Shown piece by piece: positions 54,062 through 63,588 of a stretch of DNA of 64,000 nucleotides (position 1 is the stretch's first letter; each line of letters starts with the position of its first letter). The position numbers and the translations under genes are program-made. Source of the stretch: Burkholderiales bacterium (GTDB lineage: Bacteria; Pseudomonadota; Gammaproteobacteria; Burkholderiales; Ga0077523); NCBI GenBank assembly GCA_038324085.1, contig JBBQHP010000003.1, forward strand, positions 64,720-128,719. Direction: 5' to 3'. The notes beneath the pieces were generated by a model. It was not told where the DNA came from and made no database searches. It worked only from the letters and a program-made list of their open reading frames with translations.

Positions 54062-55162
54062 ATGATTGGAATGAATATCCCGCAGCCCGACATCACGCTC
54101 CATCTGGACATGGATGGCGTGATCCAGGATGCAACGCTGTCGCGCGCCCTGCCGCAGGAGGATCTCGATTGCTGGATCGGTCGCCCGTGGTTCGAGACGG
54201 TGGCCGAGGACGTGACCGACAAGGTGAAGCGCCTGGTGGAAGATTCGCGCTGGATGCGTGTGTCCGGCTTCCGTCAGATCACGCAGCGTTTCCCGAGCGG
54301 GCGCGAGGCCCTGATCGAGTACGCGACCATCCGACTGGGCGGGCGGGGTGGCCTGATCGCGATCGGGCGGAATCTCCAGGCGGTCGCGGAACTGCAGACC
54401 CGGCTGGTCGAAGCGCAGCAATCGATGGAGCGCGAATACTGGAAGCTGCGCGAAGTCGAGACCCGCTATCGTCACCTGTTCGAGAATTCCGACGAGGCGG
54501 TGATCCTGGTCAGGGCGGCGAATCTGCGCATCCTCGAGGCAAATCCGGCCGCGACGCGCGCGCTGGGCGGCGCGGGCCCGGAAGGCGGCGCTGCCCGGGT
54601 GGTGCTACACGATGTGATCCCCGAAGACCGCGAGGCCTTCCAGGCGATGCTCGAACGCGCTCGTCAGCAGGGCAAGTCGACCGGGATTCTCGTGCGACTG
54701 GGCTCCGACCAGCAACCGTGGCTCGTGCGCGCATCGCTGCTGGCTTCCGAGACCGGCCAGCTGTTCCTGCTTCAGCTCGCGCGCGCGGGTGTCGCCGGTC
54801 CGGTCCCGAATCGCACCGCCCAGGTATCGATCGAGGATCTCGTGGAACGCAGTCCGGATCCGTTCGTGGCGATCGACCGGGAAGGGGTCATCATGCGATG
54901 CAACCTTGCGTTTCGCGCACTGGTGGGCATCGATGTCGCGGGATCCGCTGCCGGCGAGCACATCGAGCGCTGGTTCGCCTGCCCAGTCAGCGATTTCGCC
55001 ACGCTTTTGACCACTGTCCAGGCTCGCGGGATGGTGCGCAACATTCCGATCTCGCTTCGCGGAGATGGCGGCGCCGAGAAGAAATTCGAGATATCTGCCG
55101 TGGGCAATTCGGATACCGAGCCGCAATACTACGGCGTATTGCTTCGGGACCGAGGCGAGTGA
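54062..55162 (+). CDS. PpsR-like PAS-domain protein lacking the C-terminal HTH
   Basis: ATG 54062 within ORF 53879..55162. It is collinear by eye with PpsR, including LVEAQQSMEREYWKLREVETRYRHLFE. It ends right after the last PAS segment, 31 nt before bphP. Confidence 0.75.
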   Translation: MIGMNIPQPDITLHLDMDGVIQDATLSRALPQEDLDCWIGRPWFETVAEDVTDKVKRLVEDSRWMRVSGFRQITQRFPSGREALIEYATIRLGGRGGLIAIGRNLQAVAELQTRLVEAQQSMEREYWKLREVETRYRHLFENSDEAVILVRAANLRILEANPAATRALGGAGPEGGAARVVLHDVIPEDREAFQAMLERARQQGKSTGILVRLGSDQQPWLVRASLLASETGQLFLLQLARAGVAGPVPNRTAQVSIEDLVERSPDPFVAIDREGVIMRCNLAFRALVGIDVAGSAAGEHIERWFACPVSDFATLLTTVQARGMVRNIPISLRGDGGAEKKFEISAVGNSDTEPQYYGVLLRDRGE

Positions 55163-55193
55163 ACCCCGGGAGAACCCTGGTTTGTCCTCCCCC

Positions 55194-57350
55194 ATGTTCC
55201 CGGCGACGCTGTTCGGGCAGGCCGACCTTTCCAACTGCGAACGGGAGCAGATCCATCTGGCGGGGTCAATCCAGCCCCATGGCGCGCTGCTCGTGGTTCG
55301 CGAAGCGGACTTCGTCGTTGTCCAGTCGAGCGCGAACGCGCAGGAATTCCTCGCGCACCCCGACGCTCTCGTCGGGCGCTCGCTCGAGGAACTCGGTGGA
55401 GACCTCCTAGCACGCCTCCGCCCCCTCCTGAGTGGACCGCTCGGGGACATTCCCGTCGCCGTACGCTGCCGGGTCGGGAGCCCGGCAGTCGATTTCGACT
55501 GCCTGATGCACCGGGCGCCCGGGGGCGAACTGGTCATCGAACTGGAGCGCACCGGCGCCCCGATCGATCAGTCCGGACAATTGCAGGAAGCGTTGCAGAC
55601 GATTCTCGCCGCATCGTCGCTGCGCGAGCTGTGCGACGAAGCGGCGAGGGTGTTCAAGAACATCACAGGCTACGACCGCGTGATGATCTATCGCTTCGAC
55701 GAGGAAGGCCACGGCGAGGTCTTTTCCGAGCGCCGGCAGCCAGGTCTGGAACCCTACCTGGGCAATCACTATCCTGCCTCGGACATCCCGCAGATCGCGC
55801 GCCGCTTGTACGAGCGCAATCGGGTCCGCGTTCTGGTGGATGTGGAGGATACCTCCGTCCCGCTGGTGCCGCGCCAGGTCACCGGCCGCGAACTGGACAT
55901 GTCGCTGTGCTTCCTGCGCAGCATGTCGCCGGTGCACACCCAGTACCTGAAGAACATGGGTGTGCGGGCGACCATGGTGATGTCGCTGATGGTCGGCGGC
56001 AGGCTCTGGGGCCTCGTCGCATGCCATCACTATGTCCCGCGGATGGTGCACTACGAGATCCGGGCGGCGTGCGACCTGCTGGCAGAAGCGGTGGCCACGC
56101 GCATCGCGGCCCTCGAGAGCTTCGTGCAGGCGCACGTCGAGTTGCAGGTGCGTCGGCTGGAACAGCGCATGGTCGAGGCCATAGCTCGCGACGGCGACTG
56201 GAAAGGCGCCCTGTTCGACGATCCGCGATCCCTGCTCCAACCGCTCGACGCGAGCGGAGCGGCGCTGCTGTTCGAGGGGCAGGTGCTCACGGTCGGCGAG
56301 GTGCCGGGCACCCAGGAGTTGCGCGAAATAGGACGCTGGTTCGATCAGAAACCGCGCACCGCGGTGCTCGCCACCGCATCGCTCGGCATCGACGCACCCG
56401 AGTTCAGCCTGCTGGCATCGGTGGCAAGCGGCATGATCGCGGCGCCGGTGTCGAATGCCCAGGGGGAATACCTGCTGTGGTTTCGTCCGGAGCGCGTGCG
56501 CACCGTGACCTGGGGCGGCAATCCGTTCAAGCCATTCGTCGTCGGCAACGACCCGTCGGAACTGTCGCCGCGCCGCTCGTTCGCGCAGTGGCACCAGGTC
56601 GTCGAAGGCACGTGCGATCCGTGGACCCTGGCCGATCTGACGGCAGCGCGCCTGATCGGCGAGTCGGTCGCCGACATCGTGCTCCAGTTTCGATCCGTGC
56701 GGATGTTGATCGCGCGCGACCAGTTGCTGCAGGTGAGCAGGCAGGTGGAAATCTCGGAGCAGCCCATCGTCATTGCCGATGCCGACGGCCGCATCCTGCT
56801 CACCAACGTTTCCTTCGACCGGATGCTGGGCGCGGACCGTTCGAGACTCGAGTCACTGCACGATCTTGATTCCTGTCTCGCCTACGATGCCAGTGCGGGT
56901 CAACCGTTGCGCGATCTGCTGGAGCATCGCCGGCCGTGGCGGGGCGAGGTCACGCTCGCCGACGGCACCGACGGGATGAAGTCGCTGCTGGTCCGTGCCG
57001 ATCCCGTGTTCGCCTCGGCGAATCGCTCGCTTGGATTCGTGATCGGCTTCGTCGACCTGACCGAGCGCAAGGCGGCCGAGGCCGCCCGCCGGCGATTCCA
57101 GGACGATATCGTCAAGCAGTACCGGCCCGTGAACGTCCGCCTGGATTCCGATTCCGACGTGGTCTACCGCAATCTGCTGTCGTCGATCGTGGGCAATGCG
57201 CAACTGGCGGCGATGGAGATCACCGATGGCGTGGACGTGGCCAAGATGCCGGACATGCTCGAGAGCGTACAGGCTTCGGTTCATCGCACGGCCGAACTGC
57301 TCGGCCAACTCATCCGGCGCTCGACGGGTGTGGCGGGCCGCGACGAGTAG
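55194..57350 (+). CDS. bphP: bacteriophytochrome with PAS plus helical (non-kinase) output
   Basis: ATG 55194 within ORF 55065..57350. Biliverdin Cys in LSNCEREQIHLAGSIQPHGALL. GAF motifs RVMIYRFDEEGHGEV, YPASDIPQIARRLY and SPVHTQYLKNMG. A PHY region is present. I saw no HisKA or HATPase motifs. Confidence 0.9.
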   Translation: MFPATLFGQADLSNCEREQIHLAGSIQPHGALLVVREADFVVVQSSANAQEFLAHPDALVGRSLEELGGDLLARLRPLLSGPLGDIPVAVRCRVGSPAVDFDCLMHRAPGGELVIELERTGAPIDQSGQLQEALQTILAASSLRELCDEAARVFKNITGYDRVMIYRFDEEGHGEVFSERRQPGLEPYLGNHYPASDIPQIARRLYERNRVRVLVDVEDTSVPLVPRQVTGRELDMSLCFLRSMSPVHTQYLKNMGVRATMVMSLMVGGRLWGLVACHHYVPRMVHYEIRAACDLLAEAVATRIAALESFVQAHVELQVRRLEQRMVEAIARDGDWKGALFDDPRSLLQPLDASGAALLFEGQVLTVGEVPGTQELREIGRWFDQKPRTAVLATASLGIDAPEFSLLASVASGMIAAPVSNAQGEYLLWFRPERVRTVTWGGNPFKPFVVGNDPSELSPRRSFAQWHQVVEGTCDPWTLADLTAARLIGESVADIVLQFRSVRMLIARDQLLQVSRQVEISEQPIVIADADGRILLTNVSFDRMLGADRSRLESLHDLDSCLAYDASAGQPLRDLLEHRRPWRGEVTLADGTDGMKSLLVRADPVFASANRSLGFVIGFVDLTERKAAEAARRRFQDDIVKQYRPVNVRLDSDSDVVYRNLLSSIVGNAQLAAMEITDGVDVAKMPDMLESVQASVHRTAELLGQLIRRSTGVAGRDE

Positions 57351-57371
57351 CCGGGCCGACGACCCTCGGTT

Positions 57372-58091
57372 TCAGCTCCGGGCGGCTTCCCGTACTGCGA
57401 TCGAGAGCTCGATGTTGCAGCGAAAGGCGGCTTCGGCCTCCGCGATCAAGGCCGCCTCGTCCGCGACCGCGCCGGCGGCCCGCTCCAGCGCCCGGCGGTA
57501 ACCGTCCTTGAACTCCGGGAGGTTCGCGACGCCCGCGAATTCGTAGAACCGGAGCTGATGCGGCGCCAAGGCGAGCGATCGGGTCAGCAATCGTCGCAGG
57601 ACCTGTCCGCCGCTCAGATCACCGAGATAGCGGACGTATGCATGCGCGAGCAGGCGCGTACCGTCACCTTGCGCGGCGGCAGCAATCAGCGCGGCGTAGC
57701 GCGTGGCGGAGGCGAGAACGCCCAGGTCGTCCTGCCACCGCGAACCGTGCAGGGCAGTCAGATCGGACTCCAGCGCGGCGGCACGGAACACGGTCGGTAG
57801 CGCGATCCCGCGCATCCCGGGCGAATGGCGATGGTGCTCGAGCCCGAGTTCGAGCTCGCGATAGGCCGGTAGCAGATTGCGTAGCAGCATCACATAGCCG
57901 GCCCGGTCGGCCCGCCCCTGGAGCAGGTCGCAAACGATTCCCGATCGCTCCGCCTCGCCGTGTAGCGCCCGGGTGCCCTCGCGGAGTGCATCCATGATTC
58001 CCGGCCTGGGCTCCGCCCGGTCCGAATCGCGTGGCGTGTCGGTGATCATCGCCGGGGATCCGGTGTCGCCCTGCGCGGTGCTGTCATCCAT
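57372..58091 (-). CDS. bphO: heme oxygenase (biliverdin-producing)
   Basis: C-terminal part of ORF 57372..58742. Contains MDALREGTRALHGEAERS (proximal His context) and AHAYVRYLGDLSGGQVL. The start is uncertain: ATG 58091, 58049 or 57995. 58091 lies 9 nt after the upstream stop. Confidence 0.8.
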   Translation of the reverse strand: MDDSTAQGDTGSPAMITDTPRDSDRAEPRPGIMDALREGTRALHGEAERSGIVCDLLQGRADRAGYVMLLRNLLPAYRELELGLEHHRHSPGMRGIALPTVFRAAALESDLTALHGSRWQDDLGVLASATRYAALIAAAAQGDGTRLLAHAYVRYLGDLSGGQVLRRLLTRSLALAPHQLRFYEFAGVANLPEFKDGYRRALERAAGAVADEAALIAEAEAAFRCNIELSIAVREAARS

Positions 58092-58099
58092 GCCGGCCG

Positions 58100-59623
58100 C
58101 TATCCGCGCACCACCGGAAAAGTCACCGCGATCGCCCACGCGAAGGCGACCGCATTCGCGATCGCACCGGGCAGCGGATGGTTCGTGCGGCGCCACGCCC
58201 AGTGGGCAATGAGACCGTAGATCACGAAGAACGCGAGTATCGCGGGCACGATGATGACGAGAAAGAAGAGCTTGCCCGGATTGAGTGCAATCGCGATTGC
58301 GAGCGAGAGCAGGAACAGGATCTTGGTGAGTGCATAGGCACCGCGCGGGGCTTCCAGTCCCCGGGTGAGGCGCGCATCGGCGAGGAAATAGGGGATGGTG
58401 CCGACCAGCATGGCGGCGAATAGTGGCAGGCGGGTGGCGCCGGGCAGGAACGCGCTCACGTAACGGTCGAGCGGCAGCGCGATCGCGAGGACGCTGAACG
58501 CCGTGACCGCGAGAACCGCCAGTGCGAGCGCATCGCTGGAGACGCGTTCGATCGGCGCGTACGGCCGGGTCCGTCGTCTCGACGTCAGCCACAAGCCCGC
58601 GAACGTCAACAGACCATACAGCCCGAAGTGACAGACCAGGTAGTCTCCGAGCAACAGCCGCAGGAAATGGGTCGGGAGCTGCCAGAGAATGAGCGGTGTC
58701 AGCACGGCCGGTGCGATCGCGACCGGGAGCAGTTCGCGCCAAGTGAATCCGTCGCCGAACGGCAGCCGCGCCACCACCGGCAAGCGTTGCGACAGCGGAT
58801 GCGCAAGCGCCACGATGCCGAGGAACAGCAGGGCAAGCCAGCGCCCGCGCGTGCCGACGAAGCCTTCGGATTGCCTCGAGAACACCTGGTTCATCCAGGA
58901 AATCACCTCATTGATGCTGTCGCGGCTGTACAGCACGCCGATATGCTCGACCCCGGCCGCGAACGCGAACCGTCGCGCCGTTCCGTTGGCGATGCTGCCG
59001 TACGTCACGCCGGGTTCCGCCACGCCGCCCGCCGCCATGCCTGCGATGCGGCGGCCTTCGTCGCTGAACATCGACGGTTCCAGCGCGCCGATGATCACGA
59101 GCAGATTGCGCGGGCGCTCCGCGGTCACGTCGTGCGAATAGAGCGACACGCCGACGGTCGCACTCACCTCGGGGTGGTCGATGGCATAGCGCACGACCGT
59201 CTCGGACGCCATCGAATGTCCGAGCAGCGCGAGGCGCCCGTCGGTGCCGGGGAGGGACCGCGCGTGCTCCACCACCGCATCCAGGGCGGCGAGCAGTGCC
59301 TGGCCGGCGAGCGCGTAGTCTGCCAGGCCCCCGGCAAGTGGCGTGGGATTGCGCCCGTGTCCGGGAAAATCGAAGGTGACGGCGACGTAGCCGTTGCGTG
59401 CGAGGGAGATCGCGAACGGCTGCATCAGTTGCTGCGAACCGGCGAAACCGTGGGCGATCACGATCACGGGCGCTCGTTCGGCCGACGCGGGCCGGAACAC
59501 GGTGACCGGGATCGTACCGACGCGATCGCGCACGATCTCGATCCCCGTGGTGGCGCTCTCCAGGCGCCAAAGCGCCAGGACGATCGCAAACACGGCGGCG
59601 AGTGCTACGTACGGAAATCGCAT
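58100..59623 (-). CDS. membrane-anchored alpha/beta-hydrolase fused to a polytopic membrane domain
   Basis: 507-aa ORF. It has an N-terminal anchor, then VIVIAHGFAGS...FDFPGHGRN...LLGHSMASE (nucleophile elbow), then about 7 predicted TM helices. Confidence 0.6.
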   Translation of the reverse strand: MRFPYVALAAVFAIVLALWRLESATTGIEIVRDRVGTIPVTVFRPASAERAPVIVIAHGFAGSQQLMQPFAISLARNGYVAVTFDFPGHGRNPTPLAGGLADYALAGQALLAALDAVVEHARSLPGTDGRLALLGHSMASETVVRYAIDHPEVSATVGVSLYSHDVTAERPRNLLVIIGALEPSMFSDEGRRIAGMAAGGVAEPGVTYGSIANGTARRFAFAAGVEHIGVLYSRDSINEVISWMNQVFSRQSEGFVGTRGRWLALLFLGIVALAHPLSQRLPVVARLPFGDGFTWRELLPVAIAPAVLTPLILWQLPTHFLRLLLGDYLVCHFGLYGLLTFAGLWLTSRRRTRPYAPIERVSSDALALAVLAVTAFSVLAIALPLDRYVSAFLPGATRLPLFAAMLVGTIPYFLADARLTRGLEAPRGAYALTKILFLLSLAIAIALNPGKLFFLVIIVPAILAFFVIYGLIAHWAWRRTNHPLPGAIANAVAFAWAIAVTFPVVRG

Positions 59624-59944
59624 CTAACCGGACGTGCGAGTGTTCGAATCCGCGTCGGAATCCGTGTCGGCGTGGCCGTCACGGGTTAACGCGCAGTCGA
59701 TTCGCGCGCTTCTGCTTTCGCGCGTGCCAGCGAAGCGCCCGTGGCATCGATTGCCTTCTCGACGCGCTCGAGCCCGATGCCGCGACCCCCGATCGGCGGT
59801 CCGGCGGAATCAACACCGCACAACCGCGACCCTGGGTCGGTCGCGCGGGAAGCGGCCGTCGATCCGTCGCCCCGGGCAGTGTTGCGCGTGGCGCGGGCAC
59901 GTGCCGGGTGGTCCGGTGTTGCCTGCCCTTGAAGGTGCACGTTT

Positions 59945-60247
59945 CTAGTCCCGGTTCCGGTTGTTCGGTGCCGCCCGCTCGGGTGCAGTGCCTTGATAGT
60001 TCGACCCCTGCGAGTAATCTGCCTTGCCATCACCGCCGTCGTGATTCTGCGGGCGCATGCGCATCTCGTTCGCCTTCAGGTCCTGGCGGGTGAGCTTCTT
60101 CTCCTGTCGCGTACCGGTCTTCTCGCACGGCTCCTGCGAGTAGACCACCGCGTTCGACTTGTCGCGGCACTTGTACACGGCCGCCTGCGCTGCGGGCACC
60201 AGCAAGACCGCAGCGAGCAGCATCATCGTTGTGCACCTCATGTCCAT
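59945..60247 (-). CDS. DUF4124-like secreted small protein
   Basis: ATG 60247 within ORF 59945..60430. It has the signal peptide MDMRCTTMMLLAAVLLVPAAQA followed by VYKCRDKSNAVVYSQEPC, then a low-complexity tail. Confidence 0.55.
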   Translation of the reverse strand: MDMRCTTMMLLAAVLLVPAAQAAVYKCRDKSNAVVYSQEPCEKTGTRQEKKLTRQDLKANEMRMRPQNHDGGDGKADYSQGSNYQGTAPERAAPNNRNRD

Positions 60248-60275
60248 ATCGTCTCCGCGTCCGCCGTGACGGCGT

Positions 60276-61901
60276 TCAGGTTCCCGGCAGCTTGTGGGCC
60301 TTGAAGTCTTCCCGCAGCTTGGTCTTGAGCAGCTTGCCGGTCGCAGTGTGCGGGAGTTGGTCGACGAAGACCACGTCGTCGGGTATCCACCATTTGGCGA
60401 CCCTGCCTTCGAAAAACTTGAGCAGCTCATCGCGATCGACCGCGATGCCGTCCTTGCAGCGCACGATCAGCAACGGACGTTCGTCCCATTTCGGGTGTGC
60501 GATCCCGATCACCGCCGCCTCGGCCACGCCGTGGTGTCCCATGGCGGCGTTCTCGAGATCGATCGAGCTGATCCATTCGCCGCCCGACTTGATCACATCC
60601 TTCGAGCGGTCGGTGATCTGCATGAAGCCGTCGGCGTCCAGCGTTGCCACGTCGCCGGTGGGAAACCATCCGTCGTGCAGCGGATCGCCGCCTTCACCCT
60701 TGAAATACTCGCTGCAGATCCACGGCCCGCGCACCAGCAGGTTGCCGAAGGCCTTGCCATCGCGCGGCAGCTCGGCACCTTCGTCGTCGACGATCTTCAT
60801 GTCCACGCCGTAGATGACGCGCCCCTGCTTGTTCTGGATCGCGTCGCGCTCGCTCTTCGGGAGTGCCAGCTGACAGTTCTTGAACGTGTTGACGGTACCG
60901 AGCGGACTCATCTCGGTCATGCCCCAGGCATGCAGCACCTGGACGCCGAATTCGTCCTCGAAACTGCGGATCATCGCCGGCGGGCAGGCCGAACCGCCGA
61001 TGATGGTGCGCTTCAAGGGACCGAAATCGAGCTTGTTGCCTTTGACGTGCGCCAGCAGGCCGAGCCAGATCGTCGGCACGCCCGCGGATACGGTGACGGC
61101 TTCCTGCACGAACAGTTCATGCAGGCTCGCGCCGTCGAGCTGGGCACCGGGAAACACCAGCTTCGCGCCGACCATCGGGGCGCTGTAGGGCAGGCCCCAC
61201 GCATTGACGTGAAACATGGGCACGACCGGCAGCACGACGTCGCGCGCAGACAGATTGAGCGCGTCGGGGAGACAGGCCGCGTAGGCGTGCAGGATCGTGG
61301 AGCGATGACTGTAGAGCACGCCCTTCGGATTGCCCGTGGTCCCGGATGTGTAACACAGCGACGAGGCGGTGTTCTCGTCGAGCGCAGGCCAATCGAACTG
61401 GTCGGAGTGGCCGTTGACGAGATCTTCGTAGCACTTCAACTCGAGGCTCGACGACGCCGGCATATGCGCCTTGTCGGTCATCAGCACCCAGTGCCGCACG
61501 CCCTTGGCAAGCGGTGCCAGCTTCTCGACCAGTGGCAGGAAACTGAGGTCGAAGAACACACAACGATCTTCGGCATGCGCGATGATGTAGGCGATCTGTT
61601 CCGGGAACAGACGCGGGTTGATGGTGTGGCACACGGCGCCGCTGCCGGACACCGCGTAGTAGATCTCGAAGTGGCGAAAACCGTTCCAGGCAAGCGTGCC
61701 GACCCGTTCGGTAGGCTTCACGTCGAGCGCCCGCAGCGCATTGGCGAGCTGCCGGGATCGCCGGTGCGCTTCGGTGTACGTATAGCGATGAATGCCGCCT
61801 TCGACCAGTCTGGACACTATCTCGGTGTCGCCGTGATAGCGGTCGGCATGCCGGATCAGCGCCGTGATATTGAGCGGCGTGTTCATCATCAGACCGTGCA
61901 T
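60276..61901 (-). CDS. long-chain fatty-acid--CoA ligase (AMP-dependent synthetase)
   Basis: ATG 61901 (GGGAG SD) within ORF 60276..62009. AMP-binding motifs LCYTSGTTGNPKGV, YGMTE-like WGMTEMSP, TGD in WFPTGDVA and DRSKDVIKSGGEWIS. Confidence 0.85.
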   Translation of the reverse strand: MHGLMMNTPLNITALIRHADRYHGDTEIVSRLVEGGIHRYTYTEAHRRSRQLANALRALDVKPTERVGTLAWNGFRHFEIYYAVSGSGAVCHTINPRLFPEQIAYIIAHAEDRCVFFDLSFLPLVEKLAPLAKGVRHWVLMTDKAHMPASSSLELKCYEDLVNGHSDQFDWPALDENTASSLCYTSGTTGNPKGVLYSHRSTILHAYAACLPDALNLSARDVVLPVVPMFHVNAWGLPYSAPMVGAKLVFPGAQLDGASLHELFVQEAVTVSAGVPTIWLGLLAHVKGNKLDFGPLKRTIIGGSACPPAMIRSFEDEFGVQVLHAWGMTEMSPLGTVNTFKNCQLALPKSERDAIQNKQGRVIYGVDMKIVDDEGAELPRDGKAFGNLLVRGPWICSEYFKGEGGDPLHDGWFPTGDVATLDADGFMQITDRSKDVIKSGGEWISSIDLENAAMGHHGVAEAAVIGIAHPKWDERPLLIVRCKDGIAVDRDELLKFFEGRVAKWWIPDDVVFVDQLPHTATGKLLKTKLREDFKAHKLPGT

Positions 61902-62251
61902 GGATCGGACTCCCGTTGGAAAAAAAATCGGCGTGCGAGGACGTACGATTGTAGCCGGAGCCTTGCGCCAGTGGCTGTGCCGCACGATTCGCTGCGGTGC
62001 AATATGCAAACCGCGGGCGGCCCTTCTCGTTTACACGGGTGGGTCGATGGGGCAGAATCGGCCGCTATTGCCGGCAGATGCAACGCCGTGTCGCGCGGAC
62101 TGGACGAGCGCTGGGCCGATGCACCGAGCGAGGGACACAGCGTCGACCACAGCACGCGCTGTCATCGTTTGGGACTCCGCAACCGTTGACTACAAGACCG
62201 GTGGACCAATCCGCCGGCATCCAAGAAAACGATTCAATGGGAGGTATGGAC

Positions 62252-63508
62252 ATGATGAAGCTTCGGCTGCGTGCCGTCGTTCTGTGCGGGCTGACTTTGC
62301 TGGCGTGCGCGATGCCGGCGATGGCGGACAACGTTCTCAAGATCGCCTATCTCGAGGGTCTCTCGGGGCCCTTCGGCAACGTCGGTGAAGTGGGACTGCG
62401 CCATCTGCAGTTCGCCGCGGAGCGCATCAACGCGAAAGGCGGGGTGCTCGGACAGCAGATCGAAGTCGTGCCCTTCGACACCAAGACCAGTCCGCAAGAG
62501 GCGCAGCTGGTGTTCAAGCAACTGGTCGACCAGGGCATCCGCTACATGATGCAGGGCAACGGTTCCTCGGTGGCGCTGGCCCTGTCGGACGCGCTCGCGA
62601 AGCACAATCGGCGCAATCCCGATCAGACCGTGCTGTACATGAACTACGGCGCCGTCGATCCCTCGCTCACCAACGACAAGTGCAACTACTTCCATTTCCG
62701 CTTCGACGCCGACGTGGACATGAAGATGCAGGCGCTGACCAACTACATGGCCGCGCAGAAGGACATCAAGAAGGTCTACCTGATCAACCAGGATTATTCC
62801 TTCGGCCAGTCGGTTGCCAAGGCAGCGCGAGCAATGCTCACCAAGAAGCGCCCCGATATCGAGATCGTCGGCGACGACCTGCATCCGCTCGGCAAGGTCA
62901 AGGATTTCGCGCCCTACGTCGCCAAGATCAAGGCGTCGGGGGCCGACTCGGTCGTCAGCGGCAACTGGGGCAACGACATCGCGCTGCTGATCAAGGCCGC
63001 GAAGGACGCCGGTCTCAAGGCTGATTTCTATACCTACTACGCCGGTGGGCTCGGCACGCCGCCGGTCATCGGGGAAGCCGGCGTCGGTCACCTGAAACAG
63101 GTGACCGTGTTTCATTCGAACATCGGCGGCAGCGGCACCGTCGCCATGGTCGAGGCCTACCGCAAGCGCTTTGCCGATTCATCGGACGATTTCTACTGGA
63201 CCAGCATCATGAACGCGATGGAGATGCTGACCCGCGCCATGGAGAAGGTGAAGTCCACCGATCCGGTCAAGGTCGCCAAGGCGATGGAGAACATGAAGAT
63301 CGACACCATCACCGGCGAAGTCACGATGCGTGCGGACAATCACCAGGCGCTGCAGGCGATCTTCGTGTCGACTTTCTCCAAGGCCAACGGCAAGGACGTG
63401 AAGTTCGACGTCGAGCGCACCGGCTTCGGCTTCAAGACCGATGCCCGCATCGAGGCGAAGGACACCGTGCTGCCGACGACCTGCAAGTTCGAGCGGCCGA
63501 AGGGCTAG
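62252..63508 (+). CDS. ABC transporter substrate-binding protein, Leu/Ile/Val-binding (LivK) family
   Basis: ATG 62252 (7 nt after GGGAGG) within ORF 61997..63508. Signal peptide MMKLRLRAVVLCGLTLLACAMPAMA followed by LKIAYLEGLSGPFGNVGE. Confidence 0.85.
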   Translation: MMKLRLRAVVLCGLTLLACAMPAMADNVLKIAYLEGLSGPFGNVGEVGLRHLQFAAERINAKGGVLGQQIEVVPFDTKTSPQEAQLVFKQLVDQGIRYMMQGNGSSVALALSDALAKHNRRNPDQTVLYMNYGAVDPSLTNDKCNYFHFRFDADVDMKMQALTNYMAAQKDIKKVYLINQDYSFGQSVAKAARAMLTKKRPDIEIVGDDLHPLGKVKDFAPYVAKIKASGADSVVSGNWGNDIALLIKAAKDAGLKADFYTYYAGGLGTPPVIGEAGVGHLKQVTVFHSNIGGSGTVAMVEAYRKRFADSSDDFYWTSIMNAMEMLTRAMEKVKSTDPVKVAKAMENMKIDTITGEVTMRADNHQALQAIFVSTFSKANGKDVKFDVERTGFGFKTDARIEAKDTVLPTTCKFERPKG

Positions 63509-63588
63509 CGCCAGACGACCAACGCGGAAAGGGGCGCCCGATGGACGCCCCTTTCGTTTGACCAAGGCCTCGTGGGAGCCAGAAGCGC

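Noticed and set aside
59642-59651. GTTCGAATCC T-loop-like decamer
   Set aside because: The flanking bases do not form a T-stem (GAGTG versus CCGCG). Not a tRNA.
59686-60033. 115-aa reverse ORF in the 320-nt gap upstream of the hydrolase-bphO operon
   Set aside because: It overlaps the DUF4124-like gene in another frame and is Arg/Gly-rich. Only its last 30 or so residues look protein-like. The gap is more likely a promoter region.
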